The notes under the pieces were generated by a model that had not been told where the DNA came from, searched no databases, and saw nothing but the letters and a program-made list of their open reading frames with translations. Shown here piece by piece: positions 49,588 to 58,603 of a stretch of 64,000 nucleotides of DNA. Each line of letters opens with the position of its first letter. The stretch's first letter is position 1. The translations under genes were made by a program, and so were the position numbers. The stretch spans positions 1,644,615 to 1,708,614 of the forward strand of contig CP074575.1 in NCBI GenBank assembly GCA_018394315.1. The letters run 5' to 3'. The stretch comes from Mycoplasmatota bacterium. GTDB taxonomy: Bacteria > Bacillota_I > Bacilli_A > MAG-NZ.

Positions 49588-49635
49588 CTTACCTCCAATA
49601 ATATCACTTATACTCTAAAACTTAAAATAAACCCT

Positions 49636-50112
49636 CTAGTTACCGAAGTAATCAATCCACTCCAATTTATAATTTTCTTCTATATTCATCAAAGCGCTGC
49701 AATATCCAGTATGATACATTAGATGTCTAATCTGCATTGTAATAATTTCAAGATTTGTAAGTTTAGAATACAAAACCGACTTATCAGATAACCACTTATC
49801 ATCTCTTGTATTAAAATATTCATCTACTTGAAGTCTAACTTGTCGTGAAAATTCGAGAAGTTCATCTTTAGTCATAACATTCTTCGCTTCCTTCTCTAAC
49901 TCTGGAAAATATCCTCTATCTAGATATGGTTCTACAAAAGGTTCATTAGATAACCTAAACCAAAAATGACTACCCATCAACGCATGTAATATTTGCTGCC
50001 AAAAAAAATACCCACCTACTTTTTTAATATATGTTTCCTTAGATACTTCCTTTAGTATAGTTTCTAACATTTGAAAAACAAGCAAATACTGATTCTTCAA
50101 CTTTTCAATCAC
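49636..50112 (-). CDS. DinB-like protein
   Basis: 'FWQQILHAL' and 'QIRHLMYHTG' His pattern of the DinB/YfiT superfamily. Confidence 0.6.
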   Translation of the reverse strand: MIEKLKNQYLLVFQMLETILKEVSKETYIKKVGGYFFWQQILHALMGSHFWFRLSNEPFVEPYLDRGYFPELEKEAKNVMTKDELLEFSRQVRLQVDEYFNTRDDKWLSDKSVLYSKLTNLEIITMQIRHLMYHTGYCSALMNIEENYKLEWIDYFGN

Positions 50113-50224
50113 AAAAACCACCTCGCATTATTATATCACTCAAGGCTGCAGGATTCAATTACTCACCATCGATGTTAAGGAACTCATATGGGTATATCAG
50201 CGTACAAGATAATTACTTAATTTA

Positions 50225-50980
50225 TTATGAAAGAGATAGGATAAAAATAAATCCAACAATAAAGTCAATAGAGTTCATCAAGCAATGAGCTATTACTCCA
50301 AGATAGATATTCTTCTTTTTTTGAACAACATAAATCAAAGGGAATACTCCTATAGTTCTAGTAATAATCATCCAAGGTGTCCAAGTATGATAAAATGCAA
50401 ATAACATACTGTGAAGTAGTGAAGACCATCCTCTTAAGTTAGGAATTCGAGGTAATAAATATCCACGAAAATAGATTTCTTCTACTGTTGGAGCTATTAC
50501 AGAAACAACTATAAACCCTAAACTATAAGTAACTATTAAAACAGATTTTGAATAACTTCCAGACAGTCCCATGTCAATACGGACACTATTAGGAATCCAT
50601 GAAAAAATAATCTCAATGTAATTTGAGACTGGAGTAAGTAGCATAAATAATATACCTGATGCTACAAATATCACCGGAACCCAAATTAAATATTGTTTTG
50701 TCGGGATTGGTTCTCGGTAAAGAACTATTTCATCAAATGATTTCTTTTTAGATTTTCTTTTTGAATAGATTAAAACTCCAAGTTCAAAAGGAACAAGAAC
50801 AAATATTGCTGCTAATATCAATGCTGCTAAAGATGGATAGCCAAACCTAGTAATTGGCTGTACTATAACGAAATAAAAGATTCCAATCATTATACCTGGT
50901 AAAAGATGCAATATTATTGATTGAACTAAAGTATGCTTTTTAATGTTAGAATACTTATCCGAAATATCAATTTTATTCAT
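50225..50980 (-). CDS. CPBP (Abi/CAAX) intramembrane glutamic endopeptidase
   Basis: APTVEEIYFRGYL, FAFYH, H..MN motifs, multiple TM segments. Confidence 0.9.
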   Translation of the reverse strand: MNKIDISDKYSNIKKHTLVQSIILHLLPGIMIGIFYFVIVQPITRFGYPSLAALILAAIFVLVPFELGVLIYSKRKSKKKSFDEIVLYREPIPTKQYLIWVPVIFVASGILFMLLTPVSNYIEIIFSWIPNSVRIDMGLSGSYSKSVLIVTYSLGFIVVSVIAPTVEEIYFRGYLLPRIPNLRGWSSLLHSMLFAFYHTWTPWMIITRTIGVFPLIYVVQKKKNIYLGVIAHCLMNSIDFIVGFIFILSLS

Positions 50981-51113
50981 ATAAATATACCCCCTAATTA
51001 TATTCTTAATATTATAATTATAGTCACATCAGTGGTAATGAAATCAAATAAAGTATACTTAAAGGTTCATTCCATGCGTTAAACCTATAATCTAACTATC
51101 ATTATTTTTGGTT

Positions 51114-51791
51114 TTATTTCTCAATAATCTCCCATTTTTTTTCATTACAAATCTTTCTTAAGTGATTATCAGGACATACAGCAACAGGCTTTCCTACAGC
51201 TTCTAATAATTTAATATCTGTTACACTATCACAAAAAGCTATTGATGAATTATAATCGACATCATGATTTGATAATAAATCATATATTATATCTATTTTG
51301 TTTGAACCTTTGATTTCTAAGATTCTTTTCTCTATATCGTATAAACCGTTTTCCTTAAAATAAAGATTTGAACCAATAATTTTATCAAAAGGTAATTCAT
51401 TAAGTGATAATAACAATAAATCATTAAATGCCCCAGATATTAATACTGTGTAATAACCCCTAGCTTTTAAACGAACTACTTCATCTGTAATTGAATTTCT
51501 TAAGTTCTTCTTTAGCGCAATACTTGCTCCTTTAAAAAACTTCATTATTTCATCTCTAGTCATCCCGTCAAATAGACTACAAAACTCAACATAAGCCAAG
51601 TTTCTTAATCTATCCTTAACTTCCAAAGAAGGTTTTCCTAATTTATAGAATATGAACTGAGGAAGGACTTTTAACATTATCTTTTGTGTTTTACGCCTAG
51701 GGTATCCTAACTTATTCCATTGCTTTATCAAAAAAGGAATTACATCTTTTTCATATAAAGTCCCATCAAAATCAAATATAGCTAGTTTCAT
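51114..51791 (-). CDS. HAD-IB family hydrolase
   Basis: FDFDGTL, ISG, K, 'DSVTDIKLLEAVGKPVAVCPD'. Confidence 0.88.
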   Translation of the reverse strand: MKLAIFDFDGTLYEKDVIPFLIKQWNKLGYPRRKTQKIMLKVLPQFIFYKLGKPSLEVKDRLRNLAYVEFCSLFDGMTRDEIMKFFKGASIALKKNLRNSITDEVVRLKARGYYTVLISGAFNDLLLLSLNELPFDKIIGSNLYFKENGLYDIEKRILEIKGSNKIDIIYDLLSNHDVDYNSSIAFCDSVTDIKLLEAVGKPVAVCPDNHLRKICNEKKWEIIEK

Positions 51792-51905
51792 ACTTTCAAC
51801 TCCCATATATTTCTATTAAAACAAAAACCTTAAATACTCTTAAGATAGAAACACATATATTACATTCTAAGTATATCATTTTTCCTCAACAATAGACAAT
51901 TATGA

Positions 51906-51933
51906 AAAACTGTAACTCATATAGTTACAGTTT
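51906..51933 (-). terminator. Terminator after dacF
   Basis: AAACTGTAACT-5 nt-AGTTACAGTTT. Confidence 0.75.
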
Positions 51934-51991
51934 ACTAGTTCCTTTATTCTAGTTTATTAAACCTATCGGATCATATATTTCTTAATATAAG

Positions 51992-53140
51992 TTATACACC
52001 AAGCAACCTAGAAATAACCTTACCTACAACTTTAATATATTTTGCTTTCTTGATTTCGTCATCTACATATAGTAGGATTTCTTGATAAATATCACCTTTA
52101 TACAATACTTTCATTTCTCCTATGTCTTTACCTGATATTAAGTTACCATAATTAATATTTATTGAATATGTCACCTCACCCATATCAGTACCATTTCTTA
52201 ATACTATATTAGCTGGGTTCTTAATCTTAAACTCTATGTTCGTCGGTTCAAATAAGATATTTTCATAAACCTTTACTATTTTATCCTTTTCCATTTGATT
52301 ATGTACTTTGTAGTTACTCATACCATAATTAAGTAATGTTAGCATTTCTGCATTCCTAGTTTTTGTGTCTGTACTTCCCATTAATACACCTATTACTCTC
52401 ATGTCATCATTAAATTTAGTTGCAGTTAAGCAGTACTTGGCTTCTACTGTCCATCCTGTTTTTAATCCATCTATATCAGAGTGACGGACTAATTTGTTAG
52501 TATTAACTAACCACGAGTCACCGTTCCTAATATAATCATCATAAACATTAGTGTATTCAAGAACTATTGGATATGTTTGAATTAGATACCTTGCCATCAT
52601 TGCCATATCATAGGCAGTAGAATAGTGACCAGCGCTAGAGTTGTCACCATTCTCCGCTAACCCCGTTGGATCTTGAAATGCTGTTGAAGACAATCCTAAG
52701 TCTTTCACCTTTTGATTCATTAAATCTACGAATATTTTCTCACTACCTGCTACTTTCTCAGCCAAAGCAGTAGCAGAATCATTTGCACTTGATATCGCAA
52801 CAGACTTGAATAAGTCTCTAACACTCATCACTTCTCCCTCTTCTAGCCAAATCTGAGAACCACCATAACTTGCTGCATTCTCACTTATTGTATGAAGATC
52901 ATCAAAAGAGAATTGTCCATTCTCAATGGCTTCCAAAATCAAGGCCATAGTCATTATCTTTGTCATACTCGCTGGAGCTTTCATTTCATGAGCATTTTTC
53001 TGATATAATATTCTTCCTGTCGATACCTCTATCAATATTGCGCTTTCAGCATCAACGATTATTTCACTCTCAGCAATCACACTTATTGATGAAGATACAT
53101 ATAATACAATGAATAGAAAAGTGATTAATATTTTCTTCAT
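51992..53140 (-). CDS. dacF: D-Ala-D-Ala carboxypeptidase DacF
   Basis: PASMTK, 'GGSQIWLEEGE', SAND, 'WLVNTNKLV', GLKTG; pdp-dacF-spoIIA synteny. Confidence 0.88.
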   Translation of the reverse strand: MKKILITFLFIVLYVSSSISVIAESEIIVDAESAILIEVSTGRILYQKNAHEMKAPASMTKIMTMALILEAIENGQFSFDDLHTISENAASYGGSQIWLEEGEVMSVRDLFKSVAISSANDSATALAEKVAGSEKIFVDLMNQKVKDLGLSSTAFQDPTGLAENGDNSSAGHYSTAYDMAMMARYLIQTYPIVLEYTNVYDDYIRNGDSWLVNTNKLVRHSDIDGLKTGWTVEAKYCLTATKFNDDMRVIGVLMGSTDTKTRNAEMLTLLNYGMSNYKVHNQMEKDKIVKVYENILFEPTNIEFKIKNPANIVLRNGTDMGEVTYSININYGNLISGKDIGEMKVLYKGDIYQEILLYVDDEIKKAKYIKVVGKVISRLLGV

Positions 53141-53168
53141 TCACTCACCTCTTTCAAATAAATATATG

Positions 53169-53197
53169 AAAAAAAGAGTTCTAATTTGAACTCTTTT
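53169..53197 (-). terminator. Terminator overlapping the pdp stop
   Basis: AAAAGAGTTC-6 nt-GAACTCTTTT followed by T run. Confidence 0.65.
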
Positions 53198-54476
53198 CTA
53201 TTTTTTTATGTATTATCGGTAACTTTTGTGGCTTTTCACTAGATATGGTAATGATTTCATCCAGATTTTTTATTACTTCATCGTAACTATTATTATAGTG
53301 AATCTCTACTATTTCATCGCCTAAATTTACGAAATCTCCAACTTTACATTTCATTTTTAAGCCAACACTCATATCAATAGAATCGTCTTTATTTGCTCTT
53401 CCCGCACCAAGTAACATAGCTGCTTTACCAACTTCTTCTGCATCAATTTTAATAATATATCCACTCGATTTAGCTTTATATTCTTTTATACCATTTGGTT
53501 TAGGTAATTCATCGTTTAAAATCAAATTAATGTTACCACCTTGAGCTTCTATCATTTCAAGGAATTTATTATAAGCAGATTTGTTTTCAATAACTTCCTT
53601 AATTTTATCTTTTGGATTTACAACTCCAGCTAATGTCAATAATTCCTCAGAAATTCTAAAACATAATTTAGTAAAATCATCTGGCCCTTTCCCTAAAAGT
53701 GTCTCTAATGCTTCTTCAACTTCTAAAGCATTACCAATTGCACTTCCTAGAGGCTCATCCATATTTGTAATTAAAGCAACTACTTCTTTTCCAAAACTAG
53801 AACCTATATCAACCATAGTTTGAGCTAATTCTGTCGCTTCATCAACACTTTTCATAAATGCGCCCGATCCAACTTTTACATCTAACACGATTTTATCTGC
53901 GCCTGATGCTAGCTTTTTACTCATAATACTTCCAGCTATTAAAGGAATTGAAGGCACAGTTCCTGTTACATCTCTTAATGCATAAAGTAATTTGTCTGCC
54001 GGTACAAGGTTTTTAGACTGACCCACAATTGCAATTCCAATATCATTTACTTGTTTAAAAAAATCATCTTCAGATAATGAAACATTAAATCCAGCAATCG
54101 ATTCCAGTTTATCAATAGTTCCGCCTGTATGACCTAAACCTCGACCACTCATTTTAGCTAATTTTAATCCACAACTAGCAATGATTGGTCCAATAACTAA
54201 GGAAGTTTTGTCTCCTACACCACCTGTAGAATGTTTATCTAATTTAATACCATCAATCTTACTTAAATCAACAGTATCGCCACTATTTAACATTTCTTTG
54301 ACAAGTGCATTAGTTTCATCTTTGTCTAATCCTTTAAAAAATATTGCCATTAATAATGCACTCATTTGATAGTCAGGTATGTTTCCACTAACATAATTCT
54401 CAATTAGATAGTTAATCTCGCCACTAGATAATTTTACTCCATCTCTCTTTTTCTCGATTAAATCAACAACTCTCAT
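53181..54476 (-). CDS. pdp: Pyrimidine-nucleoside phosphorylase
   Basis: DKHSTGGVGDKT, KMSGRGLGHTGGT, SIMSKKLA, LGAGR. Confidence 0.97.
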   Translation of the reverse strand: MRVVDLIEKKRDGVKLSSGEINYLIENYVSGNIPDYQMSALLMAIFFKGLDKDETNALVKEMLNSGDTVDLSKIDGIKLDKHSTGGVGDKTSLVIGPIIASCGLKLAKMSGRGLGHTGGTIDKLESIAGFNVSLSEDDFFKQVNDIGIAIVGQSKNLVPADKLLYALRDVTGTVPSIPLIAGSIMSKKLASGADKIVLDVKVGSGAFMKSVDEATELAQTMVDIGSSFGKEVVALITNMDEPLGSAIGNALEVEEALETLLGKGPDDFTKLCFRISEELLTLAGVVNPKDKIKEVIENKSAYNKFLEMIEAQGGNINLILNDELPKPNGIKEYKAKSSGYIIKIDAEEVGKAAMLLGAGRANKDDSIDMSVGLKMKCKVGDFVNLGDEIVEIHYNNSYDEVIKNLDEIITISSEKPQKLPIIHKKIEKSSN

Positions 54477-54480
54477 AGTT

Positions 54481-55206
54481 TCACCTCAAACTCTTTAATA
54501 TTTTATCTCTTACAATTATGCTTAATTCAATTGTAGATAAATTAGAATATTCATCATAAGGAATCGGATCTAGAATTCTTACTTCACAATTTATGCGCTT
54601 TAGATGAAAGAAACAGTGTTTATAAAAGTTTTTGAAAACAACCGGGTAGATAGGTTTTTTACTTTTCATTGCTAATTTAAATGCCCCCGATTTAAAATCT
54701 AATAACTCACCATTTCTACTCCTAGTTCCTTCAGGGAAAATAAAGATCGGTTGTCCATTTCTTGCTTGCTTAATGGCTCTAATCATTGTTTCTGCACCAT
54801 TTCTGTTATTCTTTCTATCTAACATTAAAATTCCTCGTCTTTTCATCCAAGTTCTAATTACAGGAATTTTATTTAACTCATCCTTAGCAAAACCACCTAA
54901 ATCTTTATCATAAAGATCATAAAGCAAAATGAATGGGTCTGTATACATTTGGTGATTAGAGAATAACAAAAAATTATCTTTAGGTAATTTTTCTTTACCT
55001 ATAAATGTATATTTAACTCTAGAAAGTTTTATTATTACCTTAGAAAACAATCTAACTGAATCTCTAACTTTAGGGTGATTGTATGGTTTATTTTTTGTTA
55101 TTAGTCTTACAACATGTAAATAAAGTAATGAAAGGCCTATTACTAAAAAAATCAAAAAAACAATCAATCCTATAATCAATAATATCACAAGAAGAATGTC
55201 TATCAT
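54481..55206 (-). CDS. plsC: 1-acyl-sn-glycerol-3-phosphate acyltransferase
   Basis: NHQMYTD and FPEGTRS motifs; thyA-dfr-acyltransferase synteny. Confidence 0.85.
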   Translation of the reverse strand: MIDILLVILLIIGLIVFLIFLVIGLSLLYLHVVRLITKNKPYNHPKVRDSVRLFSKVIIKLSRVKYTFIGKEKLPKDNFLLFSNHQMYTDPFILLYDLYDKDLGGFAKDELNKIPVIRTWMKRRGILMLDRKNNRNGAETMIRAIKQARNGQPIFIFPEGTRSRNGELLDFKSGAFKLAMKSKKPIYPVVFKNFYKHCFFHLKRINCEVRILDPIPYDEYSNLSTIELSIIVRDKILKSLR

Positions 55207-55682
55207 AATATTATCCTCTTATAAACAGAGAAATTTAAGACTCCATCTACTCTTTCAAAGACTTTTACCCATTCGTTTATATCATATCTAGGAAAATATG
55301 TATCCCCTTGATATTCCTTATCAATATGAGTAATATATAGCTTATCCGCAAACGGTAAAAATTGTTCATAAACCGATTTCCCACCACATATAAATAATTC
55401 TACTTCCGAATGTTTGTATTTTTCTAGTACTTCATCAACTGAATTTACTACTTCAACATCATAATCACTCTCTTTACCTCTTGTTAGTAATAATGTATGT
55501 CTATCTGGTAGTGGTCTTCCTAGATAGCTTATTATAGAATTCAATGTTGACGATCCCATCAAAACATTCTTACCTAAGGTAATTCTTTTGAAATATTTTA
55601 AATCTTCTCCATAGTGCCATGGTAGTTGATTATCCTTACCTATTAGTAAATTCTTATCATGTGCTACAATTATAGAAATCAT
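55203..55682 (-). CDS. folA: Dihydrofolate reductase
   Basis: [31 protein letters not shown]. Confidence 0.96.
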   Translation of the reverse strand: MISIIVAHDKNLLIGKDNQLPWHYGEDLKYFKRITLGKNVLMGSSTLNSIISYLGRPLPDRHTLLLTRGKESDYDVEVVNSVDEVLEKYKHSEVELFICGGKSVYEQFLPFADKLYITHIDKEYQGDTYFPRYDINEWVKVFERVDGVLNFSVYKRIIL

Positions 55683-56554
55683 ATCGCTATATCCCCTCTT
55701 ATTGATGGATGGTATTCATAATCAACTAGTTCAAAATCTTCAAAACTATAATCAAATATTGAATCCCTCTTCTTAATATTCATTAATGGTAGAGGTTTAG
55801 GTTCCCTTGTTAGCTGAGTATTCACTTGATCCAAGTGGTTTTCGTAAATGTGACAGTCTCCAAAACTATGTATAAATTCACCAACTTCTAGGTCTGTTAC
55901 TTTAGCAATCATCATTGTAAGTAATGCATAAGAAGCAATATTAAACGGTACTCCTAAAAAAGCATCAGCACTTCTTTGATATAATTGGCAACTCAATTTT
56001 CCATTATCAACATAGAATTGAAACATAGTATGACAAGGCGGTAAAGCCATTTCATCAACTTTAGCTGCATGCCAGGCATTTACAATCAATCTTCTTGATA
56101 AAGGATTATTTTTTATCATCTCAATAACTTTTGCAATTTGATCTACTGACTTTTCAGAATCTTCAAAGTGCCTCCACTGTCTCCCATAAACTGGACCAAG
56201 CTCTCCCCACTTTTCAGCAAATTCATTATTAGATTTAATCTTATGAGCGTACTCTTTTAACGATTCACCTTGAAACTGATCAGACTGTTTATATTTTTCA
56301 TATGGCCATTCATTCCATATGTTTACATTATTATCTACTAAGTATTTTATATTTGTAGAACCAGACAAGAACCATAGTAACTCATGAATTATTGACTTTA
56401 AATGAGTTTTTTTTGTAGTTACTAAAGGAAATCCGTCGGCTAAGTCAAAGCGCATTTGATATCCAAATGTTGAAATAGTTCTAACGCTAGTTCTATTATC
56501 TCGAATGCTTCCATTTTCTTTAATATGTTTTAAAAAGTTCAAATATTGTTCCAT
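55679..56554 (-). CDS. thyA: Thymidylate synthase
   Basis: [32 protein letters not shown]. Confidence 0.98.
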   Translation of the reverse strand: MEQYLNFLKHIKENGSIRDNRTSVRTISTFGYQMRFDLADGFPLVTTKKTHLKSIIHELLWFLSGSTNIKYLVDNNVNIWNEWPYEKYKQSDQFQGESLKEYAHKIKSNNEFAEKWGELGPVYGRQWRHFEDSEKSVDQIAKVIEMIKNNPLSRRLIVNAWHAAKVDEMALPPCHTMFQFYVDNGKLSCQLYQRSADAFLGVPFNIASYALLTMMIAKVTDLEVGEFIHSFGDCHIYENHLDQVNTQLTREPKPLPLMNIKKRDSIFDYSFEDFELVDYEYHPSIRGDIAI

Positions 56555-56619
56555 TTATATATGAATTGATTAAGACAAAACCAATTCATGTCACCTCGCT
56601 TTCTTTTCAAATTATACCA
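56555..56619 (-). promoter_or_regulatory. thyA leader: extended -10, distal SD and 11-bp hairpin
   Basis: TGGTATAAT (56611-56619); GAGGTGA (56591-56597); stem ATGAATTGGTT/AATCAATTCAT (56561-56589). Confidence 0.6.
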
Positions 56620-56715
56620 CGCATAAATCTAGATATAAAGAAATAGAACCTCAATATATACAGTTTATATCTTTTGTTTATTATACATAAATCACATAAT
56701 CTTTAAGTCATGTTA

Positions 56716-56741
56716 AAAAAGTTGCTATAAGAAGCAACTTT
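56716..56741 (-). terminator. Terminator after ssb
   Basis: AAAGTTGCT...AGCAACTTT followed by T run. Confidence 0.65.
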
Positions 56742-56778
56742 AAAGGGTATTTGATTAAATAGACCATTATTTGATAAA

Positions 56779-57114
56779 TTAATTATCGTTTTTATTTAGG
56801 TTGATAAAGGTAACTTTTTCTGCAATTATCTCAGGATACGTAAAATACTTTTCATCATCATATTTATATTTTTTCATCGCAAGACGAGCTTTTATACCTA
56901 CCGTAGAACCCTTCTTACAATATTCAGAAGTACTTTCAGCAATCCCTTCCCATAACGTACAAGTTAAAAAATCAGTATCATATTCTCCTGTCTCTGCATT
57001 CTTATAATTTCTAGAAACAGCTAGCGTAATGTTTGAAACACTCTTTCCATCGCTAGTTTCTCTTATTTCAGGATCTTTTACTAATCTTCCAACTAAAATT
57101 ACTTGATTTAACAA
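56779..57114 (-). CDS. ssb: Single-stranded DNA-binding protein, short SsbB-like paralog
   Basis: 'LNQVILVGRLVKDPE', 'TLAVSR', 'TDF..C.LW'; 111 aa, no acidic DDLPF-type tail. Confidence 0.92.
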   Translation of the reverse strand: MLNQVILVGRLVKDPEIRETSDGKSVSNITLAVSRNYKNAETGEYDTDFLTCTLWEGIAESTSEYCKKGSTVGIKARLAMKKYKYDDEKYFTYPEIIAEKVTFINLNKNDN

Positions 57115-57340
57115 TTCTTATCATCTCCATTCTTTAGCCGGCTTAAGAATATTATAAGGGAAAATGCAGTTAATCAAAGGTTCATATAATCTATAATTAT
57201 TTCAATTAAATCATTAATTTATATAAATATTACTGTTTTACTTGTTATAGTGATAATTATCATCATCAATTAATTATATTTTAGATATTTTAGCCTGATT
57301 TTGTATTTTTATAATTAGTTTAAGCATTTAAAAACCAAGG

Positions 57341-58603
57341 TCACTTTGCCTTGGTTTTTAAGATTACACTACAAATATTTTCTTTCTTAAAGTAACTTTT
57401 TAATTTTATTACGTCCTCGAAAGTAATATTCTCTACAACATTTACTATGTCGAAGAGATCAATTCCATTAAATTTATAAGCTGTAAATTCATTAGCTATT
57501 CCTTCTGGAGAATTAAGTAATTTTAGCATACTACCATAGAACTTTTTCTTTACATTTTTAAACGACTCTTTAGATACATCCATCTCCAAACATTTTAAGA
57601 GCTCATCTTTTAACTTTTCGGGATCATTAGAATCTCCAGCAATTAGTACAGAACTAAACTTTTCCTCAACATATGGTAAAACACTAAAAGTATAATTGAT
57701 TAATTTGTCTTTAAAGAGTCTTTCGTAGTTTTCGGAACTCCTACCGAATAATATATCCAAATAGATCATCATACTCATTTTGTATTTAGACAAATCATCC
57801 TTATATATATCAGGACTTCCCTTTACTCCTAACATTAATTTAGGAAATACGTCCTGCATTTCTATCACTTTTTCTTTCTCGTTTAGTTCTAACTCCTCAT
57901 CAAAATTGTAATGAGTAATTTCTTTTTTCTCATATCCTTTTTCTCTTTGATTACTTTCAATCAATTCCATCATTTTAGGAATATCATAATCACCGACAAT
58001 AAATAAGAGCATGTTACTTGGATGATAATACGTTTCATAACATTCATATAATACTTCAGGTGTAATCTTATCAATTGATTCAATTGAGCCAGCGATATCA
58101 TTTCTTACTGGGTGAGACTTATAAATTGATTTCATAGTTTCGAACATTATTCTTGCATCAGGAATATCATTATACATTTGAATTTCTTCTTTAATTATTC
58201 CTTTTTCTTTTTCTACACTTTCATCTGTAAAGTATGGGTTTTGTACAAAATCAATTAATAATGTTATATTGTCTTCTATATTGGAAGTGCAAGATATTAA
58301 ATAAGATGTTCTATCATATGTTGTGAATGCATTTGAATTTGCACCAAATTTAGAGAATTCCTCAGTTATATCACCTGTTTCGCTTTCAAATAACTTGTGT
58401 TCAAGAAAATGAGCAATACCATTTGGTAAAGTAACTTCTTCTCCATTTAGATTCAATTTATTATCAATTGATCCAAATTTGGTTGTAAACGTAGCATAAG
58501 TCTTATTAAACCCTCTTTTAGGCATAAGATATACATCTAATCCATTTTCTAGTTGTTTGTAATATAGTTCTTCATTTAAATTATCATATACAATCTTCTT
58601 CAT
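57341..58603 (-). CDS. M16 family metallopeptidase YmfH-like (catalytic)
   Basis: GIAHFLEHKLF, NAFT, 'EKEKGIIKEEI'. Confidence 0.92.
   Translation of the reverse strand: MKKIVYDNLNEELYYKQLENGLDVYLMPKRGFNKTYATFTTKFGSIDNKLNLNGEEVTLPNGIAHFLEHKLFESETGDITEEFSKFGANSNAFTTYDRTSYLISCTSNIEDNITLLIDFVQNPYFTDESVEKEKGIIKEEIQMYNDIPDARIMFETMKSIYKSHPVRNDIAGSIESIDKITPEVLYECYETYYHPSNMLLFIVGDYDIPKMMELIESNQREKGYEKKEITHYNFDEELELNEKEKVIEMQDVFPKLMLGVKGSPDIYKDDLSKYKMSMMIYLDILFGRSSENYERLFKDKLINYTFSVLPYVEEKFSSVLIAGDSNDPEKLKDELLKCLEMDVSKESFKNVKKKFYGSMLKLLNSPEGIANEFTAYKFNGIDLFDIVNVVENITFEDVIKLKSYFKKENICSVILKTKAK

Noticed and set aside
48786..51991. Integron cassette array or IS-bounded island
   Set aside because: No integrase or transposase; isolated GTTTAAC/GTTAAAC-like words are not paired as attC sites, and no repeated spacer or target-site duplication is visible.
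1992..57007. Numerous short ORFs antisense to or nested in real genes (e.g. 1992-2207, 6497-6781, 8390-8575, 8421-8651, 14288-14855, 16410-16799, 27215-28138, 32997-34094, 39482-40684, 47058-47867, 53581-54369, 56801-57007)
   Set aside because: They fully overlap well-supported conserved genes, lack SD sequences and recognisable motifs, and have the composition expected of shadow ORFs.
895..57460. Single TGTCGAA/TTCGACA matches inside coding regions (pilM, dxs, rpsA, spoIIAA, ymfH)
   Set aside because: Isolated 7-mers within genes are expected by chance and are not positioned at promoters.
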